A program made the translations under genes and the position numbers. From Candidatus Latescibacterota bacterium (lineage in GTDB: Bacteria > Latescibacterota > UBA2968 > UBA8231): a stretch of DNA of 64,000 nt. Numbering within the stretch: position 1 is the stretch's first letter; every line of letters begins with the position of its first letter. The stretch covers positions 3,264,001 through 3,328,000 of the forward strand of contig OZ241867.1 of the NCBI GenBank assembly GCA_965203175.1. The letters run 5' to 3'. Below are positions 1 to 7,724 of the stretch, piece after piece. The notes under the pieces are model-generated. The model was not told the origin of the DNA. It ran no database searches and saw nothing but the letters and a program-made list of their open reading frames with translations.

Positions 1-1801
1 CCACGTTGAGATGCGGCGTTTTAGCGTCGCCCATGCCGCGTTCATGCTGGGCATATCCAACATGCGGCGGCGCAAACTGCGCACCGGCTTGACCTTGACG
101 ACTCTGGTCCTGCTGACGTTTACGGTGCTTTCCTTTGCCTCGTACGAGAGCCGGGCACGCTTTATCTCGCTGCCTCTCGAACACGAGGGAGGGTACGAGG
201 GCATCTTGGTCCGCAACCGGGCTTGGAATCCCTTGGGCCAGCCCACGTTGGATTACATCCGCTCCCACTTTGCCGCAGTCGGCCCGATCAGTTCGCGCAA
301 CTGGTTCATTTTGCAGGAGGACAAAAAGACGTATCTGGAAGCCGCAGCTGGCCGGCAATTGGTGCGGACCTATGGCTTGCTCGGCCTAAATCCCGAGGAA
401 ACCGACATAACAGGCGTTGACCAAGCTCTGACGGCTGGCCGCTTTTTCACCGCCGCGGCTGAGGCTAGTTGTCTGCTGCCTTTGCCGATGGCTGAAGCCT
501 TGGGCTTGGATGCCGGCGACTTGGGACGCGCGCAAGTGCGGGTGATGGGTAAAACACTGACCGTGGTGGGCTTGTTCGATCCAGAGGTCTTCAACGACAT
601 CCGCGATCTAGACGACGGGCCGCTGACGCCGGTGGACTTTGAGTTATCCCAAACCGCCGGCAGCACCTTTCAGATCAACCAGAGCGCGGCCACGACAGCT
701 ACCGCCTCCCAGTATCGCCCATACGTGCACATACTGCCGGACAACGTGCTGATTGCGCCCTATGAGATCGTCCGCCAAATGGGGGGGCGGCTGCGCTCGG
801 TGGCCGTCGCCTTTGACCGGGAGCGATTGGACGCCGGGGCGGGCCAAGCGCTGTTGGAAGACTTCCTGCTGCGAGTGGCCGTCAGCCTGTTCGTCGGCTT
901 GCGGCAGGACGGGACTTCGACCATTGGCGTCTGGGCCTATTCGTCGATTGGGGCGACGGCGATAAAGGGTCTAGGAGTGCTGATCGTACCCATGCTTATC
1001 GCGGCCTTCATCGTCCTCAATACTATGCTCGGGACGGTGTACGAGCGCCTCAAGGACATTGGCATCTACGCGGCTGTAGGGCTGGCCCCGTCCCACATCG
1101 CCCTGCTGTTCATTGCCGAAGCCTGTGCCTATGCGGTTCTGGGCATTACGCTGGGGTACTTGGGCGGCCAAGGGACGGGTTTGGTGCTGAACTACTGGGA
1201 CATGCTGAGTGGACTCAATTTGAACTATTCGTCTCTAGCGGCTGTGTTTTCTGCGCTCATCGTCATGGGGGTGGTCTTGCTGTCTACGGTGTATCCGGCT
1301 CGGGTGGCCGCTCGCACTGCTGTGCCCGATCTAGTGCGGCGCTGGCAGCCCGAGCCGCCAGTCGGGGCCGAGTGGGAATTCCGCTTCCCCTTCTTGGTGT
1401 CGGCGGCCGAGGCCAAGGGTCTGTGCGGCTTTTTGTTGGATTACCTAGCGTCGTACGGCGAGGCGTCGATTGGCTCGTTTTACACCGAGGGAACCTTGCT
1501 TCAGTCCTTTGCCACGCCCCAAGGCACGGCCTATGCCCTCGAAGCCAAGGTGTGGCTGGCACCGCTGGATTTGGGCGTGAGCCAGCACGCAGTACTGTGC
1601 ATCTGCCCCGAGGAGCAAGCCAATATTTACGGCCTAGTGTTCTATCTGCGCTGCCTCAGCGGCGACAACGATTCGTGGCGTCGGGCCAACCGCAGCTTTT
1701 TGCAGGCGATCCGCAAAGAGTTGCTGATCTGGAATACGCTCAAAGCAGCGGAGCGGAGTACTTTTCAGCAGCGGGCGGAGGAACAACTTCAGCGGCAATA
1801 A
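1..1801 (+). CDS. FtsX/MacB-like ABC permease family protein, 5'-truncated by the window edge
   Basis: Motifs SNMRRRKLRTGLTL and NTMLGTVYERLKDIGIYAAVGL...FIAEA with several TM helices; the frame is open back to the window start. Confidence 0.8.
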   Translation, partial: HVEMRRFSVAHAAFMLGISNMRRRKLRTGLTLTTLVLLTFTVLSFASYESRARFISLPLEHEGGYEGILVRNRAWNPLGQPTLDYIRSHFAAVGPISSRNWFILQEDKKTYLEAAAGRQLVRTYGLLGLNPEETDITGVDQALTAGRFFTAAAEASCLLPLPMAEALGLDAGDLGRAQVRVMGKTLTVVGLFDPEVFNDIRDLDDGPLTPVDFELSQTAGSTFQINQSAATTATASQYRPYVHILPDNVLIAPYEIVRQMGGRLRSVAVAFDRERLDAGAGQALLEDFLLRVAVSLFVGLRQDGTSTIGVWAYSSIGATAIKGLGVLIVPMLIAAFIVLNTMLGTVYERLKDIGIYAAVGLAPSHIALLFIAEACAYAVLGITLGYLGGQGTGLVLNYWDMLSGLNLNYSSLAAVFSALIVMGVVLLSTVYPARVAARTAVPDLVRRWQPEPPVGAEWEFRFPFLVSAAEAKGLCGFLLDYLASYGEASIGSFYTEGTLLQSFATPQGTAYALEAKVWLAPLDLGVSQHAVLCICPEEQANIYGLVFYLRCLSGDNDSWRRANRSFLQAIRKELLIWNTLKAAERSTFQQRAEEQLQRQ

Positions 1802-1954
1802 GCTCGTATAGCAACCCATTATCGCTACCGGCGCAGACCTTTCTCTCACAACATTCTATTGCACAGTCTGCGGAAAAAGGGTTGATTGATTTACTCCTGC
1901 CCCCCTTTCCTGCAAGTAAGGGAACCGTCGCTTAGAGCAAAAAAGGGTGGAGTA

Positions 1955-4900
1955 ATGAACGACGCGAGTGAATCCGCAAAAATCCCGAGTCAGAAAAAAT
2001 CCTTTGATCACATCCTCGGACAGCACTACACGGTCTTCGACGGGCTGGCTGGGATGCACGTGGAAGACATCTACCAAGACCGGCGCGGCCTGCTCTGGAT
2101 CGCCACGGCCGACGGCGGCGTAAGCCGGTTCGACGGGGTGCATTTCGATACTTTTGGCCTGTCGAACGGGATGCCCCATCTCACGGTAATGACGATTGCC
2201 GAGGACCAAGACGGGCGGCTGCTCTTCGGGACGCTCGGCGGCGGGCTGGCCGCGTATAACGGACGTAGCTTGCAGGTGTACACCACCGAGCATGGGCTAC
2301 CGTCCAACAAGATCCTGAGCTTGCAACCGCAGACCGATGGCTCGATGCGGGTGCTGACCGACGCAGGAGTCGGCCGGTTTGCCGACGGGCAGTGCGTAGA
2401 GTGCGTGACAGACATTGAGGGTCAGCCGCTAGGCGCGGTGTACGACATAGCGACTGACGCGGCGGGAACGACGTGGCTGGCGACGCGAGAGCGGGGGGTA
2501 ATCAGCCTTGATGGTCGCCACCTGAGCATGGACTTCAGCGCGGAAAACGGCGCGATGCAGTGGCCTTGGAAATTCGCCCAGGGCACCTCCGGCCCGCTTT
2601 GGATCGCCTTTCGCTATGTTGGTACCGAACCCGTTATAGGCTGCTATGATCCAGTTAGCCAACAGCTCGAACTCATCAAGGCGGGCGATCGGGTCGAAGG
2701 GGCGGATATCGTACAGCACGGCACGCGGCATGTGCGCTTGGACGATAGAGGCTGGCTGTGGATGACCCGCCGAGGCGTCCTGGTGTACGACGGGCAGGCT
2801 TGGCATCCATTCTACACCCGCTTGCCGGATAGCCACTTTTCGGATACGCGGCTGACGTACGAGGACCGCGAGGGGAATATCTGGGTGGGGCTTTGGGGCG
2901 GCGGGCTGGTTTTTTGCGATCCGGTCAGTGTCCAGTTATACACCGAAGCCGACGGCCTACCCGACTGCGAGGTCCGGTGTCTGGACGAAGACCGCGAAGG
3001 TCGGCTATGGATCGGTACGATGGGGGGCCTAGCCTACCGCGAAGCCGACCGGATTCGCCCGGTGGCTCCAAGGCGGACGGTCTCGACTCTGGTGGTAGAT
3101 CGACAGGGGCAGGTCTGGAGCGGAGGGCCCACAGGACAGGTGTTCAGGGAGACGGGTGGAGAGACCCAAGCGATTGAGGTAGCCGAGACAACCCACGCCG
3201 AAGGAATCGCCGGGCTATGGGAAGACCAAGCAGGAAACCTAAGCGTCTGCACGTCCAAAGGGCGATTGGGACGGATCGCAGAAGATCGCTTTATGGAGCG
3301 CAAGGAGTGGTTGCCCGGCGATTGCACCGTCGCGTTGCAGGACGGTGCGGATGCCTTCTGGATCGGCCTCAGTAGGAAAACGTCGGCCCTATGCTATTGT
3401 AAAGATGGCCATTTCCACACGCCTGATATGGCCGGCTTGGAAGCCATCGCGGATGTGAGTGCTTTGTGCGAGTATCAGGGCGTACTCTGGGTGGGGACAG
3501 AAAACTACGGCCTGTTCGCCTTGGATTACGCCTCTGGGGAGATCCGCCGGTTTACGGTGGATCAGGGGGCACTGTCCGTCAATGGCATTTTGGCGCTGGT
3601 AAAAGACCCGCAGGGCGGTATGTGGATTGGGACTAGCGGCGGAGGCGTACTGAAGTACGATGGCCAGACCTTCCAGTGCATCCGGCTGGGGCCGGGCGCG
3701 TTGGAGAATATCGTCGAGGCCATCCTGCGCGATAGCCAAGGCCAGTTGTGGTTTGGGACGCGGGCCGGTCTCATTGCCTATCAGCCTGGGGAGACGCCGC
3801 CCCTCATCCGAATTCGCCAAGTCGTGGCCGGGCGAACTTGGGACGAACCCCAAGCCGTGTCCTGCCCGGAGAGCACCCCCGAGATTCAGTTCCACTTCCA
3901 AGGCATCAGTTTCAGGAGCGGGGCCGAGCAAATGCGTTACAGCCATCGGCTCGTCGGCTACGGCCCGGCCGCAGAGTGGAGCGCGTTCACGCTCGCCAAT
4001 AACGAGACGTACAACGGCGTGCCAGCCGGCCCATTTCGCTTTGAGGTGCGGACCATGGACCGGGATGGCTTGGTGTCAGAAGTAGCCAGCGTAGATGTGC
4101 GGGTAGTCCCCGACGCCCAAAGCGCCCACATCCGGCTCCTAGAGCAAATGCTGCGGATCCCGGGTCGGGAATTTCTCAGCCAGAGCCCGGCCATGGCCCA
4201 GCTCTTGGAGCAGGTCGCCCGGATGGCCGAGACCGATATGACCGTGCTGGTGCTGGGCGAGACCGGCGTGGGCAAGGGAGTGCTGGCGCAGATCATCCAC
4301 AGTCTGAGTCCGCGGCGAGAGCACCCCTTTGTCGCCGTCAATTGCGGGGCCTTGCCCTCCGGGTTAGTCGAAAGCGAGTTGTTCGGCCACGAGAAGGGCG
4401 CCTTTACCAGCGCGGTGAACCGGCAGATCGGCTATTTTGAACGGGCGAATGGCGGCACTTTGTTCCTCGATGAAATCGGCGACTTGTCCCCGGACGCTCA
4501 ACGGGTGCTGCTCCAAATCTTGGAGGAGGGCTACCTGACCCGCATCGGCGGCGAGAAGTCCATTCCGGTGGATGTGCGGGTGGTTGCGGCAACCAACCGC
4601 GATATGAAAAAGGCCATCCGGGAGGGGACGTTTCGGGATGATCTATTCTATCGCTTGGACGTGTTCACCGTGACGCTGCCGCCGCTGCGGGACCGCCGGG
4701 AGGACATCCCGGTCTTGGCGGCGCATTTTGCGAGCCGATATGCCCAAAACCTGCGGCAGCCGGTGCCGGTTCTGAGCGACGAGGTGATAGCGCACTTGCA
4801 AGGGTATTCTTGGCCGGGGAACGTGCGCGAGCTGGAGCACGTGATCCAGCGGGCGGTGGTGCTGTGCGAGGATGATGTCATTCAGGTGGCGGATGCGCCG

Positions 4901-5101
4901 CTTGAGCCGCTGACCTCTGCTGCGCCGATTGCAGGGGCTGAGATCGAGGACGAGAAACAGCAAATAGTGGCGGCCCTGCAAGCGACCAACTGGAGGATTT
5001 ATGGCGAGCGGGGCGCAGCGCACTTGTTGGGTATGCACCCGGAGCGGCTGCGTTCCCGCATGCGCGTGTACGGGTTGCAACGACCCAAGAAATCCTCTTA
5101 A
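1955..5101 (+). CDS. Sigma-54-dependent activator: Reg_prop beta-propeller repeats + Y_Y_Y + AAA+ + Fis-type HTH (copy 1)
   Basis: Repeated DxxGxLWI blades; Y_Y_Y-like segment (MRYSHRLVG...YNGVPAGPFRFEVR); Walker A GETGVGK; ESELFGHEKGAFTSA; FLDEIGD; WPGNVREL; C-terminal HTH. ATG 1955 follows GGTGGAG and is preferred over the ORF-track start 1886. Confidence 0.92.
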   Translation: MNDASESAKIPSQKKSFDHILGQHYTVFDGLAGMHVEDIYQDRRGLLWIATADGGVSRFDGVHFDTFGLSNGMPHLTVMTIAEDQDGRLLFGTLGGGLAAYNGRSLQVYTTEHGLPSNKILSLQPQTDGSMRVLTDAGVGRFADGQCVECVTDIEGQPLGAVYDIATDAAGTTWLATRERGVISLDGRHLSMDFSAENGAMQWPWKFAQGTSGPLWIAFRYVGTEPVIGCYDPVSQQLELIKAGDRVEGADIVQHGTRHVRLDDRGWLWMTRRGVLVYDGQAWHPFYTRLPDSHFSDTRLTYEDREGNIWVGLWGGGLVFCDPVSVQLYTEADGLPDCEVRCLDEDREGRLWIGTMGGLAYREADRIRPVAPRRTVSTLVVDRQGQVWSGGPTGQVFRETGGETQAIEVAETTHAEGIAGLWEDQAGNLSVCTSKGRLGRIAEDRFMERKEWLPGDCTVALQDGADAFWIGLSRKTSALCYCKDGHFHTPDMAGLEAIADVSALCEYQGVLWVGTENYGLFALDYASGEIRRFTVDQGALSVNGILALVKDPQGGMWIGTSGGGVLKYDGQTFQCIRLGPGALENIVEAILRDSQGQLWFGTRAGLIAYQPGETPPLIRIRQVVAGRTWDEPQAVSCPESTPEIQFHFQGISFRSGAEQMRYSHRLVGYGPAAEWSAFTLANNETYNGVPAGPFRFEVRTMDRDGLVSEVASVDVRVVPDAQSAHIRLLEQMLRIPGREFLSQSPAMAQLLEQVARMAETDMTVLVLGETGVGKGVLAQIIHSLSPRREHPFVAVNCGALPSGLVESELFGHEKGAFTSAVNRQIGYFERANGGTLFLDEIGDLSPDAQRVLLQILEEGYLTRIGGEKSIPVDVRVVAATNRDMKKAIREGTFRDDLFYRLDVFTVTLPPLRDRREDIPVLAAHFASRYAQNLRQPVPVLSDEVIAHLQGYSWPGNVRELEHVIQRAVVLCEDDVIQVADAPLEPLTSAAPIAGAEIEDEKQQIVAALQATNWRIYGERGAAHLLGMHPERLRSRMRVYGLQRPKKSS

Positions 5102-5142
5102 CGGGCAAAGGAACCGCAGCCGACGGGCCGGGGTTGTTGATG

Positions 5143-5227
5143 AAAAATCGTATAAAAGTCGTATAAAAATCGTATTTATACGGCAAAAGTCGTATAAATC
5201 CACGACAAAGATCGCGGAAAGTCTTGC
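5143..5227. repeat. 11-bp tandem repeat array AAAA(A/G)TCGTAT, putative upstream activator sequence
   Basis: Three tandem units at 5143-5175, a fourth at 5185-5195, degenerate units ending in GGAAAGTCTTGC at 5227; 113 bp upstream of a -24/-12 promoter. Confidence 0.8.
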
Positions 5228-5290
5228 GCCGATGGCGAGACGGTGCCTCATAGAAATCCCCATCCCATAATTTTAAGTATCATGTTTTTC

Positions 5291-5322
5291 AATCCTTTAG
5301 GTACGTCCTAAAGGATTTTTTT
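5291..5322 (+). promoter_or_regulatory. 11-bp perfect inverted repeat plus T-run (terminator or protein site), overlapping an IHF-like motif
   Basis: AATCCTTTAGG-TACGT-CCTAAAGGATT followed by TTTTT; TTTCAATCCTTTA resembles WATCAANNNNTTR. Confidence 0.6.
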
Positions 5323-5339
5323 GTGTATGGCCTGACCGT

Positions 5340-5355
5340 TGGCACACAATTTGCA
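5340..5355 (+). promoter_or_regulatory. Sigma-54 -24/-12 promoter
   Basis: TGGCACACAATTTGCA has the exact GG-N10-GC spacing, directly downstream of a bEBP gene. Confidence 0.88.
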
Positions 5356-5385
5356 TGCTCTATATCGTCGTTGAGGGTGAAGCCG

Positions 5386-5427
5386 ATGCAGAAGAAAGGA
5401 GGCGATTTCAAACTGACACAGCACTAG
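5386..5427 (+). CDS. Possible 13-aa leader peptide MQKKGGDFKLTQH
   Basis: ATG preceded by GAGGGTG, first ORF after the sigma-54 promoter, followed by two hairpins. Confidence 0.3.
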   Translation: MQKKGGDFKLTQH

Positions 5428-5526
5428 GTGGGGGCCTACTCCCCTGGGCCTCCCCACCGTCCGTTAGGGCTGCTGCGGCCCTACCGATGATAGTTCCTTT
5501 AACCCGATAACCCGAGGAGGGTTGCT

Positions 5527-5655
5527 ATGTTGTTACCACATCACTCGAAGGACTGGATAGGGGCCGTGTGCTGGATCTTGGGCTACGTCGGCCTCGTTTT
5601 GCTATACCACTTGGTGGCAGGTGGTACATTAATTTCAGGTTCAATAACGAGATAA
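5527..5655 (+). CDS. Small 42-aa single-TM protein (not in ORF track)
   Basis: Strong RBS GAGGAGG; MLLPHHSKDWIGAVCWILGYVGLVLLYHLVAGGTLISGSITR*; overlaps the 3' end of the convergent gene. Confidence 0.5.
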   Translation: MLLPHHSKDWIGAVCWILGYVGLVLLYHLVAGGTLISGSITR

Positions 5656-7679
5656 CTAACGCTCCTTGCTTCCATCTCAATTGGAATCTCAATGTTGTAA
5701 TATCGGTCGATTTTGTAGCATTTGGATTCTCCTTCTTTTTCACGAACCTTGGCAATTTCAGACAACCCGGTATAATAGAGTGGTAATTTCAAAGTCATCC
5801 GTTGTACCGTTCGCGTAGGATTATAGAGCATCGCGAGTCCACAGGGATTGATTTGCGCGTTGGCATGGAGGACACAATCAATAGAGCGGCCATCTGGGCG
5901 GCGCACGTGAATGAGGTCAGAATCCAATATTGGGCGATACTTTTTGTAAAAGTCAACCCATTTCTTAACGATGGTTTTTGTCTGTTCAGTATCAAAAAGT
6001 CGAGGACCGCGATAGCACGCAATCACACCGCTGCCGAAGTTCTGTGCGAGATGTGATTCGTAGTCATCAAGGTGTTCACAAAGCGGCTCAAACGTTGCGG
6101 CTGCTCCGCCGCCGTGGTACTCCACCAACGGGACGAACATCCAACCCATACTGGGTGTCTTTTCATACGTGGCATCGTAGATATTCTGCCGGGCAATTAA
6201 AATTTGCCGCTCGCGGGGCAAGCTGAAGTTCGTTTCGCGATAGCCCATCCCACATTTGTTTGAACCGTTGAAGTAATACTGATCTGGCGAATTGATATAG
6301 ATACCGCGTTTTCGACATTCGTGGTAAAAATGAACGCACGCTTCCCACTGACGCAACTGCGAATCCGCTAAACCGTTATGATGCTCGTGCGTCGTTGCAG
6401 CACAGATGTCACCATGATACGGACCGTCAGTCTCTATGATATCCATTCCGGTTGCATCCATGAAATTCAGCACTCGTTGGAAATAACCATCTGCCCATCT
6501 GCTCGCAAGACAAGCACTCTGTCCAAACCTACTTCCGGGTTGCCCGGTGTCTGGGTCAACACAGTTGAAATCTTCACCCGCATTCCGCGAAGCACACATC
6601 AGTGTATAACCGCCGAGTTGAATACCTTTGTGGTGGGCATAATCGGTCAATTCTTTCATTGTGGTTATGTATTCCGGATCTTCGCTCTCAATATTGAATC
6701 CACTTCCAAAGGTCATAATCACCATTTCAAATCCGACTGCGGCGCACTGATCTATCGCTAAACGGACAGCATCTGGCTCGGCACTCCGAACGTGCATGAA
6801 AATTGGATTCTCCGTGACCTGTGGCGCGACCGTGCGATACATCTTGCGGCGTGCGAGTCCTTTTCGCTCACGCGAATCACTATCATGTAGAATCTCGAAG
6901 GTGCGGAAGCTCTTGAAGGTCTCACCCGGTTGAAGAAGGACTCCCGGACCGAGTGGATAGCGGCTTGTCATCAACAGTGGCATCTGATAGTTATAATCGA
7001 CTTGCGTCTTGTAATCTGCATCTGGTCCCCAGTGTGTCGTTTCCATTCCGCTGAAGGCATAATCGCTCTCGACATGTAGCCGATGCTTTTCCTGCTCGTT
7101 GACAGCAAGGATTTCACAGTTTAAGGCATCGAGTTGAATCGGTTCTTGACTCTCATTGTGAATAGTGATCCACTTGGACAGTGCTGGAATGCCTTGGTAT
7201 AATTCATAATGCGCGCATACCTGAAGGGAGTTAGCGGATGGCGGCGGTGAGAACACAACCGTCAGTTTCACACCTTCTGGTGGATGGACTGATGATGTCG
7301 TAGAACGCCTGTGTACCCACGGATAGCGGATTTCAGGTGTACCGACCCTATATTCGCGAAATTGAAATGCGTTCTCGTCACTGGTCAAATCCGCGATCCA
7401 ATCCGAATCAAGATAGGCGTAGTCGGGCTGTCCTTTCAAACCACCCACTTCATATTCGTTTCCGTTAATTGCAAGTACCGCCTCTGGTTTGATGGCGCGA
7501 AGAAGGGTATTACCGGTAATTTGATTGGTATAATCAACCGTTGCGAAATTAGGTGTGGTAGCGAATGTTCGGCGAATGAGTCCATTGTTGAGAATAAGTT
7601 GACTGTCCTTTTCTTCTACTAAAGCGGGTTGGCGAAAGGGCTGAACCAACCAATCATTTTGTTGTGATGTGTATTGCAT
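5583..7679 (-). CDS. Putative glycoside hydrolase (alpha-galactosidase/GH36-like)
   Basis: 698-aa ORF with an N-terminal beta-sandwich (LILNNGLIRRTF), a TIM-barrel-like core (TENPIFMH, IETDGPYHGD) and a C-terminal beta domain; visibly lower GC than its neighbours. Confidence 0.6.
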   Translation of the reverse strand: MQYTSQQNDWLVQPFRQPALVEEKDSQLILNNGLIRRTFATTPNFATVDYTNQITGNTLLRAIKPEAVLAINGNEYEVGGLKGQPDYAYLDSDWIADLTSDENAFQFREYRVGTPEIRYPWVHRRSTTSSVHPPEGVKLTVVFSPPPSANSLQVCAHYELYQGIPALSKWITIHNESQEPIQLDALNCEILAVNEQEKHRLHVESDYAFSGMETTHWGPDADYKTQVDYNYQMPLLMTSRYPLGPGVLLQPGETFKSFRTFEILHDSDSRERKGLARRKMYRTVAPQVTENPIFMHVRSAEPDAVRLAIDQCAAVGFEMVIMTFGSGFNIESEDPEYITTMKELTDYAHHKGIQLGGYTLMCASRNAGEDFNCVDPDTGQPGSRFGQSACLASRWADGYFQRVLNFMDATGMDIIETDGPYHGDICAATTHEHHNGLADSQLRQWEACVHFYHECRKRGIYINSPDQYYFNGSNKCGMGYRETNFSLPRERQILIARQNIYDATYEKTPSMGWMFVPLVEYHGGGAAATFEPLCEHLDDYESHLAQNFGSGVIACYRGPRLFDTEQTKTIVKKWVDFYKKYRPILDSDLIHVRRPDGRSIDCVLHANAQINPCGLAMLYNPTRTVQRMTLKLPLYYTGLSEIAKVREKEGESKCYKIDRYYNIEIPIEMEARSVSYLVIEPEINVPPATKWYSKTRPT

Positions 7680-7724
7680 GTTAAGTGCTTATTCTATTGG
7701 CTTCCAATTTGGCAGATCGCGTTG

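Noticed and set aside
5143-5227. Repeat arrays here and at 59493-59559 as CRISPR or iterons
   Set aside because: Units are 11 and 21 bp, abut without unique spacers, and no cas or rep genes are present. Their position fits enhancers.
4643-5263. Minus-strand 206-aa ORF spanning the repeat array
   Set aside because: Antisense to the activator, with no motif or RBS support.
5360-5526. tRNA or known riboswitch
   Set aside because: No cloverleaf or T-loop and no recognisable aptamer consensus; kept only as an unknown structured leader.
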